64,000 nt of DNA from Balanoglossus misakiensis (taxonomy: Eukaryota; Animalia; Hemichordata), in NCBI GenBank assembly GCA_040954595.2, contig CM082583.2, forward strand, positions 9,747,656 to 9,811,655, given 5' to 3'. The position numbers were made by a program, and so were the translations under genes. Under the pieces are notes generated by a model, which was not told the origin of the DNA, made no database searches, and saw only the letters and a list, made by a program, of their open reading frames with translations. Position 1 is the stretch's first letter. The number at the start of each line of letters is the position of its first letter. Of the stretch, positions 14,761 to 28,194 are shown piece by piece.

Positions 14761-14853
14761 TTAACCCTTTCACCACCATGGTTCAGTCCAAACCAATTGT
14801 TTTCTATGGCAAGGTTGGACATCTATAGAGGGAACTGGGGGTGAGAGGTCTAA
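14761..14853 (+). mobile_element. ~93-bp MITE with TTAA-CCC ends (piggyBac-like), copy 1
   Basis: ttaaccctttcaccacca...tgggggtgagaggtctaa. It is a highly similar reverse complement of 59360-59454. Confidence 0.75.
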
Positions 14854-16039
14854 ACACTGCATACATGTATGGTAAAGGAAACTGGCCACATGAGGTCAAA
14901 GGTCATCGGGGGTCTATGTTCAAAGGGTAAAAACTATTAGAAAACACCCAATAACTCATGCTTTACCCTTTTTTGCTTTTCAAAACTTGTGCGCTTTCAC
15001 TAGATGAACGGTTCACAATCCACTCATTTGGAAGAAAACTGCAGTAACTCTTGTGTACCATTGATTGATTGAGTGAATGCGTAAGTGTTGCGGCCACTTG
15101 AAATCACAAACATTTGTAAATTCTGACTCTGATCAGAATAAAAAATCCTAAACAAACTTGATTTTTAATCTTGATTTCAAATAAGAAGATATTTTACGGT
15201 TTTCTTGAACAAAGCGAGAACAAATCTTGACAGCAGCATTAAACGATATCTGCACTGCTAAAAAACCCACCAGATTTCTCTAATCATATTACTGATCATA
15301 GTGTAAAGACTGATTCTGAAAGAAAGAAATTTTCAATTGTCTTCAACGGAAAAACACAGACAAGTACTGATAATTGGAGAGTTCTGTCACGATTATATAT
15401 ATGGTTTGTTAAAAACTGACAGAAAAAATTGCCTGCAAAATATACTCTTCAAAAATTCCCTTCATGACAACGCCAAGAAAATTACATCCAATATATTGGT
15501 TATCACTTATTTACTATATAAAATCGCTACAAAAACAAATTGAAGGATATGACGTCATAAAATTTGCTAAGCAACATACTTTGAAACGCTTTATACAGTC
15601 ATTCGCTCTACCCTGACAACTCAACAAACACTCCGTTCTGCTACCATGACAACTCAAACAATCCCAAATGTTGAAGTATTAAGCTATGGCTAGAAAAATT
15701 GCACCTTGTAATGTCCTTTTCCTTGGGACACTTGTTAGATTAAAAACTGCAATTCGTAGAAACAAGTAAGTGGTACTACGTTCAACTGAAAATCAATTTA
15801 CATAATTATATTTAACACTGTTTGCCATCAAACTTGTATAATTTTCGAAGATTTACGACTTTATAAAAACTACTGTCAGTTTCAACAAACGGCTCAACGT
15901 GTTTCTTTGAGCCATTTGTCTAGTCATGGGTTGCTTCCGAGGATGTGTCTTCTACTAGGGTCTTGTGGGGTCATGGGTCACAGGTGTGAGGTCATGGGTC
16001 ACTGGTGTCACCGGGCAGGGCTAGTTCCCCCTAGTTCTT

Positions 16040-19000
16040 TCACAGCTCCTCGACATCATCAACGTCGTCACTGTTCCTGGACGACATGGATCCGCTGCTG
16101 TTCAGTGTGCCGTCGTAGCTGGCCATGGAGGAGGAGCGTATGAACATGCCCGCCACGGCCGACAGCGAGCTCTTGTTGGCGAAGAAGGACATGGGATTGC
16201 TGGAGGAGTTCGGGGAGAACGGGAAGGCCGAGGTGAAGCTCTCGCTGAACTTCGTCGACGAGTCAAAGGAGAAGTAGAGCCCGCTGTCGCGACTGTGCCT
16301 CTTCTTCAGGGGCGTAGACGTTCGGAGGCTGTGGATTTTCAGTCTCAAGTAGTGGATTTCGTCGACCAGCATGCACTGCTGGAGAAACTCCGACGGGGGT
16401 CCCCCGTTGACTATGTGCACGCTGGGCACCCATCGTAAATAACACTGAATCCAAAATTTGATAGCAGGTCCCGATGTGTTCAAATTCTGGGCAAGGTTGG
16501 TGTCTACCGTGGTGGGCAGTCTCTGTTCAGCCGACACCTGGCTGGCCTGGCTGAGTTTGCGATAGGGCAGCTTGGGGCCGCCGTCTCCGTCCCCGTTCTC
16601 CTTGGCCGGGCTGGACGACTGGAGTTGCAGCGTGATCAGATCGTCGTTTTTGCACCCGGCACAGTTCTGGTGCTGCTTGTGCCTCATAAAGTACATGGGG
16701 TTGTTGAACAGCGATATGTCCTGCTCTCGGAACTGCATGGACCAGTTCCAGACGGAGACCAGCTGCGCCGGCGGCCTCACCTCGCTCAGGATGGAGCGGT
16801 ACCGCTGACGCTCGCTGTTGAATATGAAGGTCTCGAACAGCCCGTGGTGCGAGCAGTCCCACAGCGTGATCAGGTAGGTGTCGGTGAAACCAAACGACGA
16901 CGGGAACTGGTTCACCAGCTGCCAAACACAGTCCAAGAACAGCAGAAACACAGGCGACTTGAAGGTCGAAAAAATAACCATAATCGAGTTAGTTTCACAG
17001 ATTTAACTTTCATCTTCAATGATCAGAATTATTTCAAAAGTCATACCACAAATATACAGCTAAAGCTGTACAAAAATGACAAACCCCAATTCACATTTCA
17101 GGAGAATCACCACCACAGAAAGAATCCTACCTCTTCCCCTTCAGGGACGGACACATGTTGATACCTTATCAGGAACTCGTGCCCCATGACTACCCACTCC
17201 CGCTGGACCAAACTTTCAAACCCGACGCGCGTGCGGTAGTACGGATCCAACAACAGCTGTATGAGCGACGATATCAGACATGACAGGTCACGACCTTCAG
17301 TTTCTGGAATTGACAGAGGGGGTGTGATCAGAAACCAATGACTCGACACATTGACTCCTACATGTATGGCCCAAAAACGACGTTCGGAATACACATGATT
17401 CCAGTTTAAACAGGGTTGGTTCAGGCAGGTCCCTCTGTACAGTGGAGTGCGATAGAAAGGTTACATGATGTCTCTAGATCTCTGGATGTACTGACCTTTT
17501 AAAATCAAAGATTTGCCGTCATTGACCATATGACGCACTGCCTCCATGGAAACCTCCAAACATTTCCTGAAAATCAAAGATTGAAAATCAAGGAATTTGG
17601 TACATTTTGGATAAGATGAGAGATTCAAAATGGTGGGCAGGAGTACTCATTACAGTTTCTCTGAGAATTTCTCAAAGTACCGGTAGCTGGTATGGATGAT
17701 GTTGAAAGATTAATGATGTTAGATTTGTGCTACGCTGGGATCAGATGACAACATTCACATCGTCATAAATAATTCAAAACTGCTTTTACCGGACACAATG
17801 CAACCACTTGGTGCCGTCCAGACTCGCAAACCATCTATCATCATTGCCCCAGAATTCTTTCATGGATTCTGCAAGAGAAAATGCATCATTTATACATCAG
17901 ACAGCGAGTCCTTCCTCAATCACCATAATGGATCATTCTTTCCATATTATTGAATTCTTCAATGCTTTTTATCTGTTGTGTGATGTACTACATCCCAAAT
18001 GATTTTTTATTAATTCATGCAGACATGTGAGATCTCGGAAAATGGTCAGCTGTTTTTCCTTACCAGGCATGCAAAGTTCCTTGAGTTTCTTGAAAGATGT
18101 CTGTATACTCCCGAGAGAAGGACAATGTTTGTCCAGACTGATCAACACTGATGTCATCTTCGAGGGATGTGTATCTTTGATTGCTTTCAGTATACTGAAA
18201 AGTAAAAAAACACACCATGATGTAGGAGGGATTCACGACAGACATACTGTGTTTCTAGTCAGACACATAACTTAGAAGTACTAAGAACTGACTGGCTCAC
18301 ATTGGAATCAAACCAACCTTCTCTCGCGGTCTGTCAGTTCGGTGTCTGCCCTCAAGGGGACCATTCTGTACAAGGCACTGCCATTACTGTGGGACCAACT
18401 CCAAGTCTGAAGAGACAAAGCAACACGTGTCAACTTGCTTTATGTGAGTGTGTGTGTGAAAGCATGCGTGTGTGTGTATCAAATGGTTTATTTGTCTAAA
18501 TGTCTCAACTTACAGCAATTCTGCCACCGTTGAAATGAGGAGCTGAATTGTTGAGATCATTATCTGTCAGACAGGAAGGCACTACAAAGTATTCGGGAAG
18601 ACTGAAAACAAAAATAATAATAATTTGGAATCAGCTCTGAAGACACTAAATTACTATGAGACACAAACAAATGTGCAATTCTCATAAATGACACAAAACC
18701 ATCCACTTCCAAATCCATCAAAAGTCAGAAGAAAAATTGCTCACTACCTGTCAGACAACTTGAAATCTTGATTTGCCATGGTTACCCGAAACCCACGCGC
18801 ATTCATTCTCTCCAACTCTCGATCCCAGTCCTTGGCATCCCGGAACTGTGGCACGTGGTTCTTTGCTTCTGAGCTGAATCTTACGGAAGGCGTATGTGAG
18901 TTGTTGGTGTTTGCATGTTTGGTAGGATTAAAGACGAACGCAAAGAGCAGTGGAAGCTTGGTGGGAAACGCGTGATGTAAAATTGCATTGACCACCTGGT

Positions 19001-21604
19001 GAAAGTCAGAAAACAACGGTACTTTATCATCATCATTCACTGAATCACAAAATATCTCCAGAAATCTATGCACAGTGTTTCTACTAAATTGCCAGAGCTA
19101 TTATCACTGGTAGACATTGAATACTCACAGTTTTATCTTCTCCCTTGGGGCTAAATTTGAAACTGAACGTGTACACCCGGAAGTCTTTACATTGTATTTG
19201 TATCATTTTCATTCCTCCTGACACATTGCTTCCTGGTGCCAAGTGTCTGCTCTTTCTATTGCTCGAAACTGAAAAAAAAATAATAATATCAAAGATTACA
19301 CGAAACCGTCACGAAGAAAATCAATATTCCATAGAAAGTGTGAAAGAAAAATTAGATTTGAGATACTATCAAACAGTATAACTTCATATTTTTCACCCCA
19401 AGCAGGTAAGTCTCCCATACCTTGATAGACGGAGTCCACGCATGTCAGGGGGATGTCATTCTCACCCAGTAGAGTATTCTTCTGCCCAATGCCCATCTAC
19501 GATAGACCAGACAGATATCAATTACACCCCATAGTGGTAGGTACACCTGTTTAGATCTAGTTTATTCACCTGGCACATACAGGAACCATCACCTTGCTGA
19601 GTCATAGTTTCAGACAAGTCAGAGTATCACTTCCATTTTCTGATTAATTTCTGTTTCTATTTTCACCCCAAATTTCATCTTTCAGCAGTGACAGAATCCA
19701 AAATTGGTTAAAAGGAATACATATAACTCACCAGATCATAGGAAGACCTCTCAGCCGTCACAAAGCTGATTTTGAAATTTGTACAGAACAGGGCTCCCGA
19801 CATGCCATGTTTGAAATCTCCAAATGAATTGTACTTCAACACATTGTGTGCATTAGCAATCACAATTTCACCTGAAAAATAAAAATATATGCGGTATATC
19901 TATCGTCAGTGCAAGAGTTTTATATCAAATGATGAGTCAACGCACTTCACTGAACAAATAATCTCAGTCGTGACACTAAATTAGCAAAATAATTACAATT
20001 CTGTCCTGTGACTGTCTGCAGGAAACCGGTAAATGCTACTTAGTTTCTGTGGTATTTCACTTTGGTTCCACACTGATATGACTAAAGTAATCTGTATAAA
20101 GGGAACTATAACTTCTGAGGCAACAGATATACTCACCAGACAGTAGTTTGGGCTCCAAGGTTTGGTCAAAGACATCTTCCGCAGCTTTGGATACCTGAAG
20201 TTGAAAATACAAAGGTCAAAGTGCAATCGTCACCAGAGGTCATGAGACACCATTACCCCATCAGCAACCACGAGTCACCGGGCATTACCACGACTTTTAT
20301 ATGGATGTCAACCAGAGTATAAATCTGCACTTGATTTAATAAATTGTCAAAAGGTCAATAACGGATTTAGAACTTGATTCCACAGAAGCAGCCATGCATT
20401 GATTACATAACAAATCCCTCATTGGAAGTACACTGTATTAATTCAATCAACAGTAGAGTAATCTTCAGACAAATGGGATTTTTAAAAGGAATGTCTCCTG
20501 GGAAGAACGCATTATCATTTGCTTGTCCCAGTGCATTGCTATAACTGTTACTAGTATTCAGGGATTAGCCCATCTATTTCCTGGTGTACAGGTCATCATT
20601 GTAAACAATACAGAACAAACGAAAGAAGTATGTACATGGGTATGCACAGGCAAAACGGGTCCAGTTTCACATGTTTGGTCCAGAAGTGGGCCGGGGTAGC
20701 ACTTTTGATATACATGTGCTGCTTTACAGTGGGTTAGCTGTTTGTCAGCCCTAAGTTGGGTGGGGTTATTGGTCATATTTTTGTACATCTCCACAGCTAC
20801 ATGTAACAGCAGGTCAAAAAATTAAATATTTACATGCATTAATGGTTTATAGGCAGCACACATATTACACAGAAGGAAGTAGACATTCCTGCTATGCCAG
20901 TGACATGTATGATATGTCTGGTGGCAAACGTAAACCACAAACTCAATCATATCAGTCACGGTTAACAGATTTCATAACTGAATTCCGATTTCCAGAATGG
21001 CTGCTCACCAGAAGTTCACAAAAAGAATGTGATCAAGAGGAAAAGCTTGAAATAGGAGACTATGCATTAATACTGTATTAATAACCTTATATACTGGAAT
21101 ATAAAAGATAAAATATAAAAACCAAGGAGTGTGCAACTTGCAGTGAAAGTATTCAGTGGTGTCCTAATATCTACTAATTTAAGTTACTACTATTTTTGGT
21201 GGTTATCATTACAAGAACACGTGACAAAAAACAAAGTACACAAAAAGACCAGTTATGTCCTGTACAAAATGCCATGGAACATAGCAAAAACTTACTGCAC
21301 AATGTTCAACTTTGCTATCAGGCGACCAGTCTACGTAAGATTTAAAAGAATGGCTGCTCCCCCGACTTGATTCAATGCCTTTGGGCGCCTAAAATGGAAC
21401 CAAACACACCGTAAAAAATAATAATCTTCAAAAACTTACGATGTGCCATGTCAGATTTCGGTATCACACGCAAGGTCGGTCGTCAGTTGCAGGACAGGGA
21501 CTACGCACCTTTCCAAAATTAAATTCTATAAAAAGGGTTTAATATATACTTACGTCGGCTTTGATGTCGACGTACGACTTGAACGTTGACTGCTTATTCG
21601 ACAT
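16040..21604 (-). CDS. MTMR10: Myotubularin-related protein 10/11/12-like, catalytically inactive pseudophosphatase (13 coding exons)
   Basis: Exons (minus): 21604-21554, 20194-20137, 19871-19732, 19496-19421, 19268-19129, 18995-18748, 18601-18514, 18406-18318, 18194-18064, 17868-17790, 17566-17496, 17303-17131, 16957-16040; all GT-AG and phase-consistent. N-terminal TFKSYV; catalytic loop replaced by ILKETEGRDLSC (no HCSDGWDR); GFESLVQREWV; ESPVFLLFLDCVWQL; 3-PAP region FWIQCYLRWVP. Confidence 0.9.
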
Positions 21605-22210
21605 GGCTACTAATACAGAAACAAAAACAGACGCGAAACTGGTAAAATTGTTTTGAATCTGAGCTGACCCGTGCCTCCTCACGTACTGGTCGCCATGTTG
21701 GACTGGATTGACGAAGAGCTTTGAGAGGGGTCAAAGTTCAAGGGGTGTGGCCTCAGCCAGAGAACGTGCACATAGACGCACTTGTTGTCACGATCAGGAA
21801 AACAACTGTCGAGGAACTACCATCAAAAATCAGGAAGTGAGATTGATTCAGCGGAACTGAAACATTTTGACAAATATGGAAATATATGACGTTGTTGTGA
21901 TCGGGGGCGGGGCAGTGTTATTGGCTGTTTATAGCATTAAACATTGATCATTGATTGTACAAGTGCAATAAAAACAACTATACAATTATGTACCATAATT
22001 TTTTAAAAGATTTTATTTTTTATATCAAAATGTTTTTATAGGGGATATAATACTTAAAAGTAATCACACTCAGGATTTAATTACTTGATATATCCAGCCA
22101 GCATGATGATAAGAATACATTGAGATGAATGGACATCCTTCACAGATCAGTGACCATGCTAGCCAATGAAGCAGCTTCATGTAAAAAGTCAGTGTTGTTT
22201 GTGTTGCAGA

Positions 22211-25200
22211 TCAGTTGATTTTGATGATGGGGAATATTTTATGAGTTGTGAAATCAAAACTGGCGGGTTCCTTGGATTCTTTCTTGTGGCCACCCACAAT
22301 CAATTTCATCACCACAAAGTTGGTCTTCGCCACTTTGATGAGTGTCAGGATCTGAAAAAAAAAAACATCATTTGTTGTCATACATTCTGTTTTGTGACAA
22401 GTGGTCAATAAAGCCAAGTACATGTCAATACTGCTTGCAGTCTCAGTTCAGTGTGTATACTGATAGAGTCTATGTGATCTGTTATTCAAGTACAATTGAT
22501 ATGTTTGGTATGGTATGCTTATTCATTTTTTATACAATCACTTACGCAGGAGAGATTTTGATACAAATATCACCACTGAATTCCTGTCACCTGATGCAAG
22601 AATATTTGGATTTTACATATGTATGATTACCAGAAAGATGCAAATGAAATTTTCTAAAATTCTGAAACTGAACTGAGGTGGAATTTTAACATCATCTCTC
22701 TGGATAGCACACGCACAGACGTGGCATTGGATACTCGCACGCACACACACACACAAGCTGAGGGGGTCACTTACCTCTTCAGATGGATTCATAATGGATT
22801 CAAATATACTCTTGGCATGCTGGAAGTGCTTGCACGATGAAATATAGAAGTCTACAGCTGTCGGCAGTGGGTTGTACTTGCTGAGATCTGTCATGTCCAG
22901 AAACTGCTGATACTGAACAGGGGGAGGCGTCAGAACATTGCCAAACGGGGCAAAGCGGTGCTCGTATCGAACTTGCTCGTTGTCAAACTCTTCATTTGGT
23001 TTCTTGAGTTTGTCGTCTATCGAAAGTCCAACCATTGCCTGGAGATGAGAAATAACATGCAATTCGTGTATTTTAAAAATAGCATCAAGGACACTGTGCT
23101 CCTATTTGATAGACGGTCATACATACAGACAGACAGATGACAGATTTTGACTGGTCCCATAAGCTCCCACAGTATACATGTAGTATAGGCTAACATGCAT
23201 AACTAGAGCAGCTTGTTTCCCTAGGAACATTTTAGGGTAACAACATACAGACAATTCCCCACAGTTCACACACACACTCACCTTGTAAAATCCATTACAT
23301 AAATTCTGCAACGCCTGGGCCATGGCAATCTCTCTATCATGAGGTCGCATCTTTTTCTTCTTGCTCTTTTTCTTGCTGCTCCGACCTTTCTGTTGCTGTT
23401 CCACAATACTTTCTTGTTCAAGTAGGAAGTTTTCAGCTCTGGTTAACGTTGATATCAGCCACCCATACAGAAATTCACACAAATACCTTGGGAAAGATAA
23501 ATACAAGAATCATCACATCCAAATTATGAATGTATAACCATGCACTGACCACAGCATCTTACGGTTACGCGGCACATGCAATTCAAGTTTAACAAATCCT
23601 GATAATGTGTCCATGATAGCTAATATGTACTCACCAGTACACATAATGATACTCATGAGGCGCATACAACTCAAGTTCAAATCCAGACAACGTGTACTGA
23701 ATCATAACACACAGCGTGTGATATAAAACAAAGCTGCCAAAACACGCCAGGTGTTGCCTGCCCGGTTCCTGTTTAGCCAGCATGGTGTGTAAAGCAGCGT
23801 CCACTTTGTCAGCCTGTCAAAATACAAAGGGTGAGTTACAGCAGAGTACAGAGTGCCCAAGGTGCATGTACATGAGAATATTTCTCATTTCATGTATAAT
23901 AATATCACACATGTATATAGGGTATCTCTAGGAAATTTCTGTAAATTCTGGAATAGACATGGGAGAGTGGAAAGCTTGTTTGTAAAGTTGCACACTGAAG
24001 TTGCATAATGAAAACAGGATGCAGATCTACAGACATTTGAAACAAAATAGTGCAATTGTCCTGTGATATAATCCCTAAGTTTGTTATTAAAGATACAATG
24101 TACATGTACCAAGATTTACTGTTGTGCGACTTACTTCATCCTGCAAGTTGGCCAAATCTTCCAGTATGTGTGCAAGCTTGTCTCGCTGTCTGGCTCTGTT
24201 GTGACCATGAATTTGATACAGTGTACAGATTGGCTGCAAGCAAAGGTGAGATTGTGAAAGAGGGTGGTCTGTGACGTGCAAAATTCTTGGAATGAAAGAA
24301 CAATCTTGGAACTCCTCATTTTTCAAATAACAAGATCTCATTTAGCATTCATAATTTGTTAGTTGCAACCATCAATTACTCTTGCAGACTCACCCTAACC
24401 ATGTGACTGAGAAGAGCATCCACATACTCCTTGGCCTGTGCATTATTCATGAGCCACGACTTGGGAGCCAGCACTGGTGGACAGAGGAAGGTCTTGACGC
24501 CATCTTTGATGAAATCCTGCACAAGTTCTATGCCAAAGATCTTCTTGTTTTGTGGCAGGAATATCATCTGTAGCAGTGATCTTGACAGCACGCACGGACT
24601 CAGCTTGCTAAACTCTATCATGAAATCCTGTTAAATTGGGAATGATCAACGAAACACTTGAGATAATGCAAAGTTTTAAATTCTATACAAAACAAAATCA
24701 GAATGTAAAATGCATACTTACAAAGGCAGAGTGCAAGCTTGGGCACTCCATGACATCACAGATTCTACTAATTCTGGACATCATACCAGACAGATAGGTC
24801 AATGCTTCTTCAGGTGTTACTATCTTGCAGTATCTTGGAAACGTTGGCGGCAAGAGTCGCTGGTTCACCAACGGTTCAAATCCCATTACTAATGTATAAT
24901 CTGTTTTCAATAAAAATAATTCTAATGTAAAATTTGCACCATGGCAAAATTCAGTTCTGAAAATTATTTTTTGAATATTTTTTTATTATTTCAGTTTGTA
25001 CTGGAGCATGGAGTTATATGCATGATTTTCACTCTATGATTTATTTCCATTTTCATACCTGTGTTTTTTGAGTCAGCAGAATCTGTCAGTGACTGCCTTC
25101 CGTAGTGTATGGTGTTCTTAATTGCGCCTAGCAACTGTTCTGCTTGCTGTAGGTGTCTCTTGGCTTCCATCACACCCTGCTTAACCTGCACACAGATGTA

Positions 25201-27343
25201 AAACGCAACACAGAAAATGTTGTACAAGTTTGTTTGGATTTTTTGAGGGGGGAGGGGGTGTCACTGGAAGAAATGATCCAAACTGTATGTTTAATAAGAA
25301 ACATTCTGTTTTATTATGTCAACTCACCTCTTTCCTATTGAAGGCTAACAAAGCTGAATAGAACAATCTGCAATATTTAATCCTGGCCTGAATGGCTATG
25401 CACTGCTGATGCTGTGAAACAATGAAACAAAAGTCAGTATCACTCTATGAAAACTTCCACAGGATGAATGATATGTTACGTTGTACATGAGTCTGCCTTC
25501 AACATAACTGAGAGAAGTTCAATGCCAGATTATTTTGACAAGGAAAATAGAAATACCTCCAGTTCAGTTTCTGCATCTCTCTCTTCTCCTTTTCTAATTC
25601 TGGTACTCTGAAAATGATCAAAAACTTTTAAAACTACGTATGAAGTTATCTCTTTACAATCATAAAAAACAGAAAATCTTTCCAGAAATATAACATATGA
25701 ACAATGCTGCATCAATTGTGTACATTCTACAAGCAAATAATAAATGTAACAAAATATTCATCAGTGAGAAAAAACAACATATGGATATATTTTTAATCTG
25801 ACAACAGATTTTCAATTTTTGGCTTACTTTTATTCTCTTGGAATACTCTTCTTCAACTTCTTTCAACATGCCACCGACTCTCAAGTCCGAGATGTTAGTT
25901 GCCAATTTAAAGCCGTACGTCATTGGCTGGAAATCCTCCTGCAGAGACAAAGTTTATTCAAATATTGACTGTAACAGCTTGAACCCTTGCAATAAATAGA
26001 ATGCTAGCCTCAAGAGACAAATTTTCATGCCATGCCTTTTCTGTCATTGGTATAAACACACATCCGACATCATTGCTTTTCCTAGTAACAACCACAGCTA
26101 TCATCATTTGCCTCTTTTACCATGCCCTATTGACCAAAGTATTATCTAAACTGCGAAATGCACATTGATTTCCCATATTTGTCAGTTGCCCTGACGTCAT
26201 CTGCTCTCAATGCATGGTACTTAAAACATCAATTAAAACAAGAGAAGGTTTACCAACCTCTTCAAAAACCAACGCTCTGTTGACTTTTTCCCGAACTATG
26301 TCAACCATCTTCAGTACAAACAACGAGAATGCCTTGATGCATCTGTCCTCGACGAGACTAGGATTATGAAGGTATAGATTGGTGAATACAGTCTGAGCTA
26401 GTGAATGACCTTCAAGCCAGGTGACCTGCCGTCAAAATAGTAAAGAACACTTCATATCTCAATGCTTCTATGACATTACACAATGCACTGAAACATCCAA
26501 AACTGTGACATTTTCTAGCCGTATTGAAGAAAAAATGATTTGTATGAATATGTCTTGTGGAAGGCGCCCTCTGGTGACTGGTTTTAAAAAGTTACAACAC
26601 TCCCATATGTACTTACAATGCACGCAAATGTAGCATCAATATTTGCTATGAGCTCTGGCAGTGTGAGATCTTTTATTTTCACTGTGCCGGCCTTGATCGA
26701 CTGTTCAAAGTTCAGCACTTTTCTGTTGGCCTGGTTACACAACATGCCTGCATCCATCTTGGGGTCCATCATCTCTATGGCTGACATGGCTTCAAACAAA
26801 CCAAAGCTGGGGAAAGGAGATAGTGGCATTGGCAATGTCAGCTGGTGGTGGTGGTGGTGGGGATGGGAGTGTGTGTGTCCGCATGCATGCACATTGCCAT
26901 ATGCACATGTGCACATACTAAAGAGAGGGGGCATCAATGAAGGAAATGTGTGAAACAGTCAATAAGTTTTTGAAACTATATGTAGCTTCTAAATGACAAG
27001 GAGGACAATACACTTACTCAGCATCATGTAAGAGTTCTCCCAAGTGAAGCTCCTCGGTAGCTTTCATGAAGTCATCCGTGATCTCACACCAATTATACTG
27101 CACTGTATCTGATGAACCTGAGGCATAAAAATACAAACCACATTCAAAGAAAGTCTACTTGGAAGGCTCTAAAAGAGGAGTGCATGGTTATGATAAATTT
27201 TAACATATGCTTGGCTTAGAAATAAGTTTACGATTTGGAAAATCACTTACTTGAAGGATTGTTGAATTCACTTTGACCCCAACCAAGGTCATCATCTGTT
27301 CTGTTTTTAAATAAATAAAAAGTATGCATTAGGAATTGATGAT

Positions 27344-27437
<94 letters not shown>

Positions 27438-27821
27438 CCACTTCCTCCTCCTCATCATCATCACCATCATCATCACCTTGATCGTCGATGATTATGGTGT
27501 CATCGACTATGACTCTCTACACATATAGGTACGTGCGCCTGTGAGGCCATACACAGTGCACACAGCAACGAACGTGTGTGCTGTGCATACCCAGTGATAG
27601 CCCTGCGTACAGGTACAGACCTGTACGCAGGGCTAACCCAGTGAGTACGTCCGTCGTCCCTGAGAGCGTTTGTTCATCAACACCATAGTATCGTCTTTTA
27701 CATAATCGTCGCATATATCTACTGGTGACAAATCATTCAGTAAGGATCAACAGAAATCTTACTCGTCAATGTTTTCTGCTGTTGTCGGCTGCGGTGCGTT
27801 TCCTTCCACTGGAGCGGCCAT
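22211..27821 (-). CDS. NAA35: N-alpha-acetyltransferase 35, NatC auxiliary subunit (MAK10)
   Basis: ATG at 27821 (MAAPVEG), multi-exon GT-AG structure. Motifs [86 protein letters not shown]...[13 protein letters not shown] at 22213-22211. Confidence 0.95.
27345..27434. repeat. (GAT)30 microsatellite in NAA35 intron 1
   Basis: Perfect GAT repeat run; it produces the poly-M and poly-I ORF artefacts in the track. Confidence 0.97.
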
Positions 27822-28194
27822 TTTGGCTACTGTAGAAGAACCTCTAGCTAACTTTAGAATAATCCAAAAACTTATACAGATGGAACCGCTGGAAAGTTTG
27901 ACTTTTATTCGTCCTGACAGATTGAGCCAATAGCCTACTTTAAGTCTAGGAGGGAAACAGTTCATTTACTTTGAGAAAGATGATATAGTCCTGTCCCTTC
28001 TTCAAACAAAACCCACATCCCTAAGTGTGCTTATAAACAACGAACAAACAAACGAACACCGGAGACAAGTGAAATCGGAGCTGTCAACATAAACAAAACA
28101 CTGAAAAACTCTTCGTTCGGGTCACTGCTAGCTGCTGACAGATATTCAAATGTTGGCTCGACCCCATTTAGAAGCTACTAGTACTAGCACAAAG
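27822..28194. promoter_or_regulatory. Bidirectional promoter region NAA35/TPGS2
   Basis: Divergent start codons separated by 373 bp; CCAAT at ~27927; both ATGs lie in AAnATGGCC (YY1/Kozak-like) context. Confidence 0.7.

Noticed and set aside
16263-17161. Several overlapping or antisense ORFs (63-178 aa) over the MTMR10 last exon
   Set aside because: Expected shadows of a GC-rich coding exon; no recognisable motifs.
17290-17510. Missing catalytic Cys motif in the myotubularin, suggesting a pseudogene
   Set aside because: The ORF is intact, and the E-x-x-GRD replacement is the normal state of the inactive MTMR10/11/12 clade.
21440-21510. Exon-like segment with a gtaagt donor in MTMR10 intron 1
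   Set aside because: Poor acceptor and an in-frame stop; not supportable without RNA data.
27243-27528. Poly-Met and poly-Ile ORFs
   Set aside because: Translation artefacts of the intronic (GAT)30 microsatellite.
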